Assembly (NCBI GenBank): GCA_041640595.1
Contig: JBEPZY010000002.1
Span: 532,651 to 596,650 of the forward strand
DNA from: Gemmatales bacterium
Lineage (GTDB): Bacteria > Planctomycetota > Planctomycetia > Gemmatales > HRBIN36
Direction: 5' to 3'
DNA length: 64,000 nucleotides
How positions within the stretch are numbered: position 1 is the first letter of the stretch; the number at the start of each line of letters is the position of its first letter. The notes below the pieces were generated by a model that saw nothing but the letters and a program-made list of their open reading frames with translations, had not been told where the DNA came from and ran no database searches. Below are positions 9,168 to 19,859 of this stretch, piece after piece. The position numbers and the translations under genes are program-made.

Positions 9168-12100
9168 ATGGCTCTCGATGGTCGGTGCTTTAAACGAGCA
9201 CAGTTGCGCATAGTTGGCGTGATAGGCGCAGGGCTGATGTTCATCCAGACCGCGGGGGTTCTCGCTCAGCTTCCACCGGAACAGCAAGCCCAGCAGCTGC
9301 TGGAGACGGCCCATCGAGCTTTGAACGAGCAGCAATACGACGTAGCCATTGCCCGTTATCGGGAGTTTCTGCAGCGCTTTGGCAATCACCCCCAGGCGAA
9401 CCAGGCCCGGTACGGTCTGGGCGTGGCGCTGGTGGAAGGCTCGAATCGCGATTACAAAGCTGCACTAGAAGCGTTGCAACCGTTGCTCGGTCAGGCGGAC
9501 TTTGCACTTCACCCCTGGGCGGTCTATTATTTCGCCTGGGCACAGCGGGGTCTGGGTCGGCAAGCGTTGCGAGAAGCCCACGGCAAGCCTCCCGATGCAC
9601 TGGCCAATGCGCAACGGGAAGCTCAGGCGCGCTTCGAACAGGCGGCCAAGTATTTTCAGCAGTCGGCCGAACTGTTTGCCAAACGAGTGGAATCAGTCCA
9701 GCCATCTGCCGAGAACAAAGCGGAAGCCAAACCGGGGGCACAAGCTCCGGGGGCAGCCGTTCCTCCTGCAGGTCATCTTCGGGATTGGCTAGCTCGGGCA
9801 CGGTGCGACCAGGCGGAAATGTTGTTGCAGGTGAATCAGCCCAAGGAAGCGCTGGCGGCTGTCCTGAGCCTGCTCAAGGACCCGGCACAGGCGAAATCGC
9901 CGTTTCCTTCCCTGGCCAGGTATTACGAGGGGCAGGCACGTCTGCTGCTGGGCGACTATGTCGGTGCCGGCAAAGCGCTGGCCGAACTCGCACCGTTCCG
10001 CCAGCCGGCTTTTGGTTTGCATGCGCGATATTTGCTGGCACGAGTGCACCATGAACTCGGAGATCGCGCAGAAGCCGCCGGGCATTACGAGCAGGTAATT
10101 TCCGGTTACGAAGCCCTGCGTCAGGATGCGGCTAAGATGTTGCAAAACCCGGCCAGTTTCCGCAACGATCCCGATGAACGCTGGCGATGGGAAATGCTGG
10201 CGAAACAGCCGCCGGAGTTTGTCTTGCGGGCGGGATTTTATCGTGGCTTGCTGTTTTACGAAGAGGGCCAATTTGCCGAAGCGGCCACGCGGTGGGAAGC
10301 ACTGCTCAAACAAAATCCGCCTGCCGCGCTACAGGCCGAGACGCAATTGCGTTTAGGCATGGCCCAGGTGCAGGGCCGACAATTCGACCAGGCGGTCAAA
10401 ATCCTTTCGCCGCTGGAGAATCATCCGGTTCTGGCAGAACAGGCGCTATGGTGGTTGGGGCGTGCTCATGCCGGCGCTGCCACCGCTACGGTGCCGGTTA
10501 ACGAAGGCCGATTGCAGTCAGCCATCCAGACCCTTCGCCGCGCCCTGGACCGCAATGCCCAGCGTGGCAACGATCCGGAAGCGCGATTGCGGCGGACGGA
10601 AATCCTGCTCGACCTCGGCGATGCGTTGCAATCAGCCCGGCAGTATAAGGAAGCGGCCAGCACTTATGCGGTCGTGATTCAGGAGAAAGTTCACCCGCAG
10701 CGGGTCGAAGAAGCTTGGGCACGACAGGCACTCGCCTTGCATCTGGCGGGAGCCTGGAAAGAATCGGACGATGTGTGTCGGCGTTTTCGAGAGGCTTATC
10801 CGAAAAGCGTGCTTTTGCCCGGTGTGCTTTTCTGTGCCGCCCAGAACAGTTATTTCCTCGCCTCGCAACTGGCCAAAGAAGCTAATAACCCGGAACGGGA
10901 AAAACAGCTCCGCGAATTGTTGCAGCAAACCATCGCCCGCCACCGCGAGTTGCTGGAGCAGTATCCGGAATTTTCGCAAAAAGCAGCGGCGTCTTTCACG
11001 CTGGGAGTTTGTCTGTATCGGTTGGGGGAATTCGCCAAAGCTCAGGAAGCCTTCGCCGCTATCCCACAAGCCGACCGCACCGGGGCGCTGTTGATGGCGT
11101 CGTACTATGAAGCGGATTGTCTCATTCGCCTGGCTCCCAGTGAAACCAGCGACGCCCTCAGTGCCGGTCGAGCACAGGAAGCGTTCACGCAAGCGGCGAA
11201 ACTTCTGGCGGCGTTTACCGAATCGGCCGGCAAAGCCTCTCCTTATACGCCGGAAGCTCTCCTCAAACTTGCCTACTGCTATCGCCGACTGGCAGAACTG
11301 ATCGTCGAGCCAAAAGAGCGCGCCACTTTTCTGCAACAAGCTCGCCAGACCTGCGAGCGATTCTTCCAGACCTATCCCAATCATCCGCTCCTGGGAGCGG
11401 TGGTGCTGGAACGGGCCAATTGCCTGTCGCTGCAGGGAGACACAGGCGGGGCCAGCAACGAATGGCAACGATTCCTCAACGATCCGCTGGCACGGTCGGA
11501 AGTCGCGCCGCTGGCACTGGTGCGCCTGGCACAGCATTATCGGAGTCAGAATCGTGCTGCCGATGCGGTCAAATTGCTGGAAACGGCTCGCCAGCGCTAC
11601 GAAGCCAGCCTGACCCAGGATTCCAGCAAACACGATTGGCTCGCTCAGTTGCTTTATCAGCATGGCCTGGCCTTGCAGGAAGCGAACAAATGGCCGGAAG
11701 CGCGAGCGGTTTTCGAGTCGGTAATCAAGCGGTTTGGTCATCGGCGTGAAGGTGTCGAGAGTGCCTGGCGTATCGGTCAGGTGCGACTGGCTCAGGCGAC
11801 CGCGAGCCTGAAACCAGCCCTGGCGGTTTTGAGCGATGCCAGCAGTAAACCGGAACAGCGTTCGACCGCTTTAGCCGCTGCCCAGAAAGCTGCCGGTGAA
11901 TTGCGGGAGACGGCAGCGTACTTTGTCCAGCTGGCCGGCGAGAAAACCGTGCAGGAAATCGCTCCCGATCTGGTGCCGCGATTGCATTACGAATCGGCCT
12001 GGTGCTGGCGTGAACTGATTCCGTTCGAGCGTGAACAAGCGCGGCAGCAACGGCTGGAAGTCTGGCAGAAAAAGCAACCGCCGCCAGCCAAAGACCGACC

Positions 12101-13040
12101 GGCACGCCGACCGCCCGACGTTTCCCTGGCCGACATCCCCTTGCAGCCCAGCGAACAGCAGGCACGTCAGGCTTACCAAACCGCGATTCAGTCCGCCGGT
12201 GACAGTCCGCTGGCACTGGAGGCCATGTTCGAACTCGCCGAACTGCTCGCCGAACGCCAGCAACACGAACAAGCGATTGCTCTGTTGCGGCAACTTTTCG
12301 ATCGCGAGCCGCCAGCGGAACTGGTTGAGAAAGTTCACCTGCGACTGGCAGCGTGTTTGCTTGCCAGTGGCGATGCGAAATCGGCCCTGCAGCACGCCCA
12401 AACCGTCCTGCAAAATCAGAAAAGCCCGCACGTACCCTGGGCACGCTATCTCGCTGCGGAATGCTACTTGCAGTTGGGAGGAAAAGAAAACGCGCAGCAG
12501 GCGGTTTCCCTGCTCAGCGGATTCCGCGATCACGGCCCGTGGCAGCAACTGGCCGGGCTGAGCGATCGGGCGTTGTTGCGGCTCAGCGCAGCTTACGCGG
12601 TGCTGGGTCAGTGGGGGCCGAGCCGACAGGCCAGCGAAATACTCATCCAGCGATTCCCGCAGAGTCCGCACCGGTCGGAAGCGCAATTCGCCATTGGCTG
12701 GGCCTGGCAAAATGAGAATAACCTTGACGCTGCCATTCAGGCCTATTCCCAGGTGCTGGGTCTGACTTATGCGGAACCGGCAGTGCGAGCGCAGTTGCAA
12801 ATCGCCCGCTGTCGCGCTTTGCAAAAGCGCTGGTCCGACGCTATCCAGGCGTATTTGCTGGTGCATCTGACCTACGATTACCCGGAACTGGCTGGGCAGG
12901 CCCTCTGGGAAGCTGCGGAAGCAGCCCAGCAAAATAAGCAGCCGGAACAGGCTCAACGCCTGTTGCAGCAATTGCTCAACGAATACCCGCAAACCAAAGC
13001 CGCTCAACTGGCCCGCCAGCGGCTCGAACGCAAGGATTAG
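9168..13040 (+). CDS. Large secreted tetratricopeptide-repeat protein
   Basis: Signal peptide followed by repeated TPR helices (ARYGLG, F...YP.S, AQFAIGWAW); RBS GGAGGT. Confidence 0.88.
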   Translation: MALDGRCFKRAQLRIVGVIGAGLMFIQTAGVLAQLPPEQQAQQLLETAHRALNEQQYDVAIARYREFLQRFGNHPQANQARYGLGVALVEGSNRDYKAALEALQPLLGQADFALHPWAVYYFAWAQRGLGRQALREAHGKPPDALANAQREAQARFEQAAKYFQQSAELFAKRVESVQPSAENKAEAKPGAQAPGAAVPPAGHLRDWLARARCDQAEMLLQVNQPKEALAAVLSLLKDPAQAKSPFPSLARYYEGQARLLLGDYVGAGKALAELAPFRQPAFGLHARYLLARVHHELGDRAEAAGHYEQVISGYEALRQDAAKMLQNPASFRNDPDERWRWEMLAKQPPEFVLRAGFYRGLLFYEEGQFAEAATRWEALLKQNPPAALQAETQLRLGMAQVQGRQFDQAVKILSPLENHPVLAEQALWWLGRAHAGAATATVPVNEGRLQSAIQTLRRALDRNAQRGNDPEARLRRTEILLDLGDALQSARQYKEAASTYAVVIQEKVHPQRVEEAWARQALALHLAGAWKESDDVCRRFREAYPKSVLLPGVLFCAAQNSYFLASQLAKEANNPEREKQLRELLQQTIARHRELLEQYPEFSQKAAASFTLGVCLYRLGEFAKAQEAFAAIPQADRTGALLMASYYEADCLIRLAPSETSDALSAGRAQEAFTQAAKLLAAFTESAGKASPYTPEALLKLAYCYRRLAELIVEPKERATFLQQARQTCERFFQTYPNHPLLGAVVLERANCLSLQGDTGGASNEWQRFLNDPLARSEVAPLALVRLAQHYRSQNRAADAVKLLETARQRYEASLTQDSSKHDWLAQLLYQHGLALQEANKWPEARAVFESVIKRFGHRREGVESAWRIGQVRLAQATASLKPALAVLSDASSKPEQRSTALAAAQKAAGELRETAAYFVQLAGEKTVQEIAPDLVPRLHYESAWCWRELIPFEREQARQQRLEVWQKKQPPPAKDRPARRPPDVSLADIPLQPSEQQARQAYQTAIQSAGDSPLALEAMFELAELLAERQQHEQAIALLRQLFDREPPAELVEKVHLRLAACLLASGDAKSALQHAQTVLQNQKSPHVPWARYLAAECYLQLGGKENAQQAVSLLSGFRDHGPWQQLAGLSDRALLRLSAAYAVLGQWGPSRQASEILIQRFPQSPHRSEAQFAIGWAWQNENNLDAAIQAYSQVLGLTYAEPAVRAQLQIARCRALQKRWSDAIQAYLLVHLTYDYPELAGQALWEAAEAAQQNKQPEQAQRLLQQLLNEYPQTKAAQLARQRLERKD

Positions 13041-13134
13041 CCACGGCATCCCAGGGGAACACTGATTTTCAATGGAACCGCCCTGGGTGTGACCAATTCG
13101 GACCAGGCTGCCTAGAGCCAATCGGAGGCCGACT

Positions 13135-15465
13135 ATGCACGCTTCTACTTGCCGCGTGTCGCCTCTCAGGACGCCAGGAAGGTGGATCACCGGTTGCCGT
13201 GTCGGTGTCTGCATCCTTGGGTTAGTTTGCCTGGCACTACCCTGGCCGGTTCATTCTTACGTCGAGGCACCGTACACGTTGGGGCGTGTGCTGCACGAAG
13301 CCACGAACATCCTGGTCATGCGCGTCGAGCAGGTGGATCGGGAACGCAACATCATCGTGTACCGCAAGGTCGAGGACCTCAAAGGCAAACACCCGACCGA
13401 GGTGATTCGCCACAACATTGGCCGAGGCGGTTTTCATCCCCGCGAATGGCAATTCATCATGGAATGGGCAGCGCCGGGTAAGGTGGCGGTGTTTTTCCAT
13501 AACGGCGGTGCCAGCGAGACCTGCATTGATATGTACTGGTATCAGTGCTACGGCGGTGGTGAGAACTGGAGCATGAGTCACGGCGAGCCGTTTTTACTCC
13601 GCAGTTATGCCGGTCGTGCAGATCGCCTGATTCCGTTGGTTCGCGCCATGCTGGCCGGACAGGAAGTCATCGCTCCGTGTATGGTGGATGGCGACAAAAA
13701 CGCGTTGCATCTGCGGACAGCGCGGATCATGCGGATGAAGGCCAGCCTGAAGCTCCTCGATTACAACCCGCAGCGGGACTTTGCCGGTTGGGGTGGCGTT
13801 GAAGAAATCCGTCCGCTGGCTGGTATGCCGGGTTTCAAACAGTTGGCGACACTGCCTCGGGTACCCGGAGTACGCGGTGTAGCCCTGGCCGATGTCAACG
13901 GCGACGGTAAACCCGATCTCTGCCTCTACGGCGACAGTCGTGTGGTGCTGGTGGTCAATGAAGGGAACGCTTTTACCGAAATGGCTTTGCCCTATCAGGG
14001 TCCCGCGCGGCACGCTGCCTGGGCCGATTATAACGGTGATGGCAAGCCGGATTTGCTCCTGGCTACGCCGACCGGCCCACGCATTTTCGCTAACGAAGGC
14101 AACGGCAAATTCCGCGAAGAGACCGCGGCATTACCGCTGGAAAATTACCCGGCGTGTCCCACAGCGGCCTGGCTCGATTACGACGGCGATGGCAAACCGG
14201 ACCTTTTGTGGGCGACCAGTTTTTCCGGCCTGCGGTTGTATCGCAACCTGGGCAGTCCGCCCACAACAACCGATGCGAAATTGCGACTGGACAAATGGTA
14301 TCTGATCGGCCCATTCGACAATTCCGACGGACGCGGATTCACTGCCGCTTATCCACCGGAGCGCGAAATCCAGCTCGACAAGGAATACGAGGGCAAGAAG
14401 CAGCAAAAAGTCCGCTGGCGAGAAATGCCGTTCCAGGATGGCCAGGTGCAATCGCTTCTGCCCCATTTCGCGGACAAAACGTTCGGCGTGGCATATCTGT
14501 ACCGTGCTATCCACGCCCCCGCGGCTATGCAGTTGCCCATTTCGCTGGGTAGCGATGATACGCTGACCGTCTGGCTCAACGGCGAGAAAATTCACGAGGA
14601 AAATGTTTACCGCGCCTGTGCGGCGGATCAGGTGCGGCTGACGTTGTCGCTGCGGCCCGGCGTGAATCATCTGCTGCTCAAAATCTGCCAGGGCGATGGG
14701 GAGTGGGCCTTTTACTTCCGTGCCGAACCACCACCGGCCATCGTTACCCACCGCTTTGAGGATGTCTCTTCCGCCGTCGGACTCGGGCCGACTGGCACGA
14801 TCGGTCAGGCACGGGGCGAATATCTACTGGTAGCTGATTTCGACGGTGATGGCCGGCAGGATGTGCTTTTCTTTGTTGAAGCGCCCATCCTGCTGCGGGA
14901 CAGCCTGGTCGGCTGGCAAACGGTCCCCGTCCTGCTGCGGAACACTCCGACCGGTCTGCAAACGGTTTCGGTTGCCGGTCTGGAATGTCGTCGCATCGTT
15001 TCCCAGCCGATCGTGGCCGATCTCGACGGCGACAAACTGCCCGATCTGATCGTGCCGCAGGCGGATGGTTGCCGGGTCTTTCGCAATCTCGGTCAGGCAC
15101 GCTTTACGGATGTTACCGCCCAAACGGGAGCACTGGCACAGTTACGCCAACCGATTTCGGCTTTGGCTCTGGCTGAGTGGAGCACGCGCGGTCGCCCGGA
15201 TTTGTTTGTGGGCTGTCTCGGTATGCCCAACCGCATCTTACGCCAGGAGGCGACGCTGCGGTTTGTGGACATTTCCGATGATTTGCGTCTCTATCAGCGG
15301 ATTTTCAACACCCGTGCCTGCGCGGTCGCCGACCTCAATGGCGATGGTTCTCCGGATTGGATTCTGCTGAATACCGGACACGAAAGTGTCGTGCTGTATT
15401 CCGATCCTGGTTACTGGGCCACGAAAATGGCTCAACAGCAAAACCGCTCCGCTGTGGGCGAATGA
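13135..15465 (+). CDS. Secreted FG-GAP/VCBS repeat protein with an inserted PA14-like beta-sandwich domain
   Basis: Multiple D-x-[ND]-G-D-G-x-x-D repeats; insert with WYLIGPF...GSDD...VWLNG...NHLLLK. Confidence 0.85.
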   Translation: MHASTCRVSPLRTPGRWITGCRVGVCILGLVCLALPWPVHSYVEAPYTLGRVLHEATNILVMRVEQVDRERNIIVYRKVEDLKGKHPTEVIRHNIGRGGFHPREWQFIMEWAAPGKVAVFFHNGGASETCIDMYWYQCYGGGENWSMSHGEPFLLRSYAGRADRLIPLVRAMLAGQEVIAPCMVDGDKNALHLRTARIMRMKASLKLLDYNPQRDFAGWGGVEEIRPLAGMPGFKQLATLPRVPGVRGVALADVNGDGKPDLCLYGDSRVVLVVNEGNAFTEMALPYQGPARHAAWADYNGDGKPDLLLATPTGPRIFANEGNGKFREETAALPLENYPACPTAAWLDYDGDGKPDLLWATSFSGLRLYRNLGSPPTTTDAKLRLDKWYLIGPFDNSDGRGFTAAYPPEREIQLDKEYEGKKQQKVRWREMPFQDGQVQSLLPHFADKTFGVAYLYRAIHAPAAMQLPISLGSDDTLTVWLNGEKIHEENVYRACAADQVRLTLSLRPGVNHLLLKICQGDGEWAFYFRAEPPPAIVTHRFEDVSSAVGLGPTGTIGQARGEYLLVADFDGDGRQDVLFFVEAPILLRDSLVGWQTVPVLLRNTPTGLQTVSVAGLECRRIVSQPIVADLDGDKLPDLIVPQADGCRVFRNLGQARFTDVTAQTGALAQLRQPISALALAEWSTRGRPDLFVGCLGMPNRILRQEATLRFVDISDDLRLYQRIFNTRACAVADLNGDGSPDWILLNTGHESVVLYSDPGYWATKMAQQQNRSAVGE

Positions 15466-15549
15466 CCGGCCCCCTGATAAATGGGTGGCTCATGGAGTCC
15501 AGATGTCACCAATCGCACCAGCAGAACGATAAGCATGGGAAACAGGGCA

Positions 15550-16971
15550 ATGAATAACCGCGTGATTTTGACCGGGCTGCTGGCCTGTCTGGTACTTATG
15601 CCGATCACGGCAGCCGATTGGCCTACACATCGCGGCAATGTCGAACGCACCGGATCGGCGACAGCAGCTACGGGTCCGAAGCAGCCGAAGGTCCTCTGGG
15701 TCTTTCGCAGCAACGAGCATTTCCTGGCTTCCCCTGTGCCGTCGGAAAAGCTGCTGCTGGTATCCGGTCTGGGAGCGTTCAACAGTCCGGTGATGCGTGC
15801 ACTGAGCCTGCAGGGCAACACCGCTGGTCAGGTTGTCTGGGCCAAGACGGTGCCCACCCTGAAAATGCCGGTGGTCAGTCCGCCAGCTGTCGTAAGCGGG
15901 CGTGTCATTTTCGGCGACGGTATGCATCAAACCGACGGGGCGACCCTGCGTTGCCTGGATGTCGAGTCGGGATTGCTTTTGTGGCAACGAACGTTTCCCG
16001 GTCGGCTGGTGCATATTGAAAGCGCACCGAGTGTGGTGGGTTCGCGGATCTATTTCGGGGCCGGTTCCGCCGGGGTCGTTTGCCTGGATTACTCGCGTGT
16101 AACGCTGCACGGAAAGGAAATGGATGAAGCCAGTGCTCGCCAGATGCTGCTTCAGCGCTGGAAGGAGCTGCAAGCCCGCTATGAGAGTGAACGCAAGAAA
16201 AATCCCGACGCTGCCGTTCCTCCGGGCGAGGAGCAATTGCCTGTTCCCGAGCCACATCTCGTCTGGCAGGCTGGCCAGGAGAAATGGCACGTAGATGCTC
16301 CAGTGGCGGCAACCGCATCGCAGGTTTTCGTTGGGTCGGCTTACTTAGACGCTGAAAAGATCGGTGCCCGCATGCTTCTGTGTCTCGACGCCCAGACGGG
16401 CCAGGTGCAATGGCAGGCGGAACTTCGTTACAATCCCTGGGCGGGGCCGACTCTCGCGGGCGAGACAGTACTGGTTGGCGGAAGCAACATCCGTTTCGAT
16501 ACACGGCTGGCCAAGCTGGCCAAGGGACAGGTGGCGGCTTTCCACATGCGTAACGGCAAGCCGCTCTGGCAGCGGGAAGTGCCTGGCGGCGTGCTCAGTG
16601 CAGTGGCAGTCCGCAAGGGGCTGGTGATTTTCACCGCTACCGACGGGCGTGTGCGCGCGCTGGACCTGGCCACTGGGCAACTCCGCTGGAGCTACGATGC
16701 TCAACAACCGTTCTTCGCGGGCCCGGCCGTAACCGATAGCGCGGTTTTCGCCGCGGATCTCACCGGTACGGTGCATGCCCTGGCTCTGGAGAACGGCCAG
16801 CGACTGTGGACTTTGAAGGTGGCCGAACATGAGGCTGTTAAAGCCCCGGGCCTGGTCTTTGGCTCGCCTGTGGTGGTCGGGGATCGGCTGTATCTGGCCA
16901 CGTGCAATCACGAAGGGCCATACGCCCGGCAACCCACTGTGGTGGTCTGTATTGGCGACGCTGGCTCGTGA
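15550..16971 (+). CDS. Secreted PQQ-binding-like beta-propeller protein (BamB-like)
   Basis: ADWPTHRGN start after signal peptide; repeated ALD..TG...W blades. Confidence 0.88.
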   Translation: MNNRVILTGLLACLVLMPITAADWPTHRGNVERTGSATAATGPKQPKVLWVFRSNEHFLASPVPSEKLLLVSGLGAFNSPVMRALSLQGNTAGQVVWAKTVPTLKMPVVSPPAVVSGRVIFGDGMHQTDGATLRCLDVESGLLLWQRTFPGRLVHIESAPSVVGSRIYFGAGSAGVVCLDYSRVTLHGKEMDEASARQMLLQRWKELQARYESERKKNPDAAVPPGEEQLPVPEPHLVWQAGQEKWHVDAPVAATASQVFVGSAYLDAEKIGARMLLCLDAQTGQVQWQAELRYNPWAGPTLAGETVLVGGSNIRFDTRLAKLAKGQVAAFHMRNGKPLWQREVPGGVLSAVAVRKGLVIFTATDGRVRALDLATGQLRWSYDAQQPFFAGPAVTDSAVFAADLTGTVHALALENGQRLWTLKVAEHEAVKAPGLVFGSPVVVGDRLYLATCNHEGPYARQPTVVVCIGDAGS

Positions 16972-17083
16972 CGCTTCTGCCCAGCGGAGTGCTTTCTCCC
17001 AGGGCTGAGCCGAGCCTTTCCTGCCACGACCGGGCTTACCTGAATTGGGAACGCTGACGAGGAAACAGGAAGGAGAATTTGCC

Positions 17084-17767
17084 ATGGCGGGACGAGTGAT
17101 GATGGCATATCTGGTCGGCTGGATGGTGATCAGCGGACTGATAGCTCAGCAGGCTGGTTCGTCTCCGCTGACGGTCAACCCGCAGGAACGCAGTATCATT
17201 CTCGCTTGTCGGATCGCCCCGCGCAAGTTGCCGCACCTGAACGAAATCTATCCGCTGGAAGTGGTGGCCTGCTATCCGCACGACGGCGACCCCAAAGGGC
17301 AAAAAGCTCACGAAACCGTGGTCGTCTTCAGTGGTGTCAAGCCCAGCGAGGTGCATAAGGCTCTGGAAAGTTTCGGACTCAAGCCCGGCAAGCCGGCCTA
17401 TGGCGAAGGCCAGAAAGCGGAAGGGCCGGAAGTGCGTATCTTCCTCGAAATTCCCTCACCGGTGGGCGGCTGGCAACGGTTACCCATCGAACGCTGCATG
17501 GTGGATCGCCGTACCGGTAAACCGCTCCCTCCGCTCAAGTGGTTTTTCACCGGTTCGGTTTACAAACAACCCGACCCGAACAAGCCGGACAAAGTCTATG
17601 CCGCCGACCTGACCGGTACTCTGATCGCGATCTTTCCGGTAACCAACGAAACCGTTATTCAAAGCGAACTGACCATGAAGGACGAGCCGGTGATCAAGCT
17701 GGAGTTGAGCAAATCGCTGCCGAAAGAAGGTACGCCAGCCCGACTCGTGATTGTCGTGCCCAAGTAA
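17084..17767 (+). CDS. Secreted hypothetical protein (YdjY-domain-like)
   Basis: RBS AGGAG and signal peptide; LEVVAC...KAHET...PSEVHKAL...G and WFFTGS motifs. Confidence 0.65.
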   Translation: MAGRVMMAYLVGWMVISGLIAQQAGSSPLTVNPQERSIILACRIAPRKLPHLNEIYPLEVVACYPHDGDPKGQKAHETVVVFSGVKPSEVHKALESFGLKPGKPAYGEGQKAEGPEVRIFLEIPSPVGGWQRLPIERCMVDRRTGKPLPPLKWFFTGSVYKQPDPNKPDKVYAADLTGTLIAIFPVTNETVIQSELTMKDEPVIKLELSKSLPKEGTPARLVIVVPK

Positions 17768-17856
17768 GCCCGAGGCCTTGCCGATACCAGCAAACCGCAT
17801 CGCCTAACCCCCAATCGCCGATTGCGGATCATTTTGGGAAGCAGCAGCGAATCGCA

Positions 17857-17892
17857 TCCCCAATTCCTGATTCCCCAATGCCTGATCCCGAA
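17857..17892 (+). repeat. Degenerate heptamer tandem repeat (TCCCCAA/TTCCTGA-type)
   Basis: tccccaa ttcctga ttccccaa tgcctga tcccgaa. Confidence 0.5.
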
Positions 17893-17930
17893 TGTCCGTA
17901 ATTGGCCTGCAGCAGGAAATGGAAATCAGC

Positions 17931-18587
17931 ATGAGCAGCATGGCTCTCGTGAAGCAAACCATCAGGCGAACTGTCCGAGCCAACGTCTGGGTAGCGGTTT
18001 TTTTGACCGCGATCCTTGTTCCTAGCCGTGTTGGTGGGCAAACGCCGGCAAGCCAACCGAAAATGTTGCCGTTCCCCGCCCTGGTTACCGAACCGGTCCC
18101 GGCCAGAACGCGACCGATACGCTTGAGCGAACCGACCCCGCGGGTCTGGTTGCCGCTGGCTGGCGAAATCCAGGTGCGCTCTTTTCCGCCGCGGGCAGCA
18201 CCGCTGGTACGTCCGTTGCCTGAACCGCTGGCCCTCGTGTGGAGCCCGCCGGAACCGATGCCGGCCCGCGACGCTATTCCGGTCGGCCCAAAAGCCCGCG
18301 CATCGGTTACGGATGTGAACGTTCCGCCGGTTCCGCCTTTGCTCACCGCCAGCGCGCTACCCGCATCAGGCCCGTCGGCTGCGGATACATTGTTCGCCGA
18401 TTATATCCGCCGCAGTATCGTTTACTGGCCGGAGCAACCGACGGGGCAGGAATTACCGGCGATTCCCGACCCGGAAGCTGAGATGCGGCAGGTGCGCCTG
18501 CGTGAATTTTTGCCGGAAGCTCCCTGGTTACCCCCAGGCCTGCTACAACCGTTGCGCCCGGCTTTGCCAGCACCCCCAGGCCGCTAA
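17931..18587 (+). CDS. Proline-rich secreted hypothetical protein
   Basis: Signal-like hydrophobic segment followed by very Pro-rich sequence; last gene of a co-oriented run. Confidence 0.6.
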   Translation: MSSMALVKQTIRRTVRANVWVAVFLTAILVPSRVGGQTPASQPKMLPFPALVTEPVPARTRPIRLSEPTPRVWLPLAGEIQVRSFPPRAAPLVRPLPEPLALVWSPPEPMPARDAIPVGPKARASVTDVNVPPVPPLLTASALPASGPSAADTLFADYIRRSIVYWPEQPTGQELPAIPDPEAEMRQVRLREFLPEAPWLPPGLLQPLRPALPAPPGR

Positions 18588-18593
18588 GCTCGG

Positions 18594-19676
18594 CTAAACG
18601 AATACGACCCGGGGCTGACCAGCCCGCACCTCTCCGATGATGTACGTCGGCACACGGTCTTCGCGCAGCTGCCGCTGGATGCTCTCCGCGTAATACGGAC
18701 TGACGATCATGACGAAACCGATGCCGCGGTTGAAAACGCGATCCATCTCCTCTTCGGGAATGTTACCGAGGCGTTGCAGCCAGGAGAAAACGGGAGGTTG
18801 CGGCCAGCTATTGCGGCGGAGCACCACTTCGCAATGCGGCGGCAGAATACGCGGAATGTTATCCACAAGCCCTCCACCCGTGATGTGGGCCATCCCGCGA
18901 ATGACCCGCTTGACCTGGTAGTATTGCAGCACGTGCTTGATAGGGCGAACATAAATCCGCGTCGGTTCGAGCAAGGCCTGGCCGACGGTTTGCTGCAATT
19001 CCGGAACGTACTTGTCCACATCCAGACGGGCGTGCTGGAAAACGACCTTGCGGGCCAGGCTGTAACCGTTGCTGTGCAATCCCGTGCTGGCCAGTCCCAG
19101 TACCAGATCGCCAGGGCGGATGCTTCTGCCATTGACAATGCGGTGTCGTTCAACCACACCGACACAGAACCCGGCCAGGTCATATTCGCCCGGCTGGTAA
19201 AAGTCGGGCAGGATGGCTGTTTCTCCGCCCACCAGAGCACACTCCGCTTCCATGCAGCCGTCGCTGATCCCTTGGACGATTTCCCGCGCCAGGATGGGAT
19301 CATCACGCTGCATGGCCAGGTAATCGAGAAAGAAAAGCGGTTCGCCACCGCTGCACAAACAATCATTGACGCACATGGCCACCAGGTCTATGCCGACGGT
19401 GTCGTGTTTGCCCATCATCATGGCCACTTTCAACTTGGTACCGACGCCATCGGTGCAGGCTACCAGTACCGGATGGCGGTAATTTTTGGCGAATAACCGC
19501 GCGTTGTAATCGAGACTGAACAGGCTGGCGAATCCGCCGAAGCCATCCAGCACCCGCGGCGTATGGGTCCGCAGTGCCAGTGGCCGGAGCATTTCCAGCG
19601 TCTGTTCGTAAACATCCAGATCGAGACCAGCGTCGCGATAGGTCAGACCTTTCTCTGCCGACATGATTTCGTCCAT
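18594..19676 (-). CDS. purM: Phosphoribosylformylglycinamidine cyclo-ligase (AIR synthetase)
   Basis: TYRDAG, GFGGF, TDGVGTK, GGETA, GLHSNGYSL and AHITGGG. Confidence 0.97.
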   Translation of the reverse strand: MDEIMSAEKGLTYRDAGLDLDVYEQTLEMLRPLALRTHTPRVLDGFGGFASLFSLDYNARLFAKNYRHPVLVACTDGVGTKLKVAMMMGKHDTVGIDLVAMCVNDCLCSGGEPLFFLDYLAMQRDDPILAREIVQGISDGCMEAECALVGGETAILPDFYQPGEYDLAGFCVGVVERHRIVNGRSIRPGDLVLGLASTGLHSNGYSLARKVVFQHARLDVDKYVPELQQTVGQALLEPTRIYVRPIKHVLQYYQVKRVIRGMAHITGGGLVDNIPRILPPHCEVVLRRNSWPQPPVFSWLQRLGNIPEEEMDRVFNRGIGFVMIVSPYYAESIQRQLREDRVPTYIIGEVRAGQPRVVFV

Positions 19677-19698
19677 CCGACTGGTCGGCCCAATTGGC

Positions 19699-19785
19699 TG
19701 GGAATTCGGGTCGGGATTGGAGATTAGGGAAAGCAGTTTGCCGTTGGCTCCGAAAATCGTTGGGAGTCGGGAATTCGGAATCGGA
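19699..19785 (-). repeat. Degenerate heptamer repeats (GGGAATT/GGGAGTC/GGAGATT on +)
   Basis: Two short runs that are the reverse-complement type of the 17857 repeat. Confidence 0.45.
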
Positions 19786-19859
19786 CAAGGAGTGTGCCGA
19801 TGGGTCGTTTGGCTTACCGGGGCACGTCAGGGGCAGCTGGTTTCTCTGGACGATAGCGG

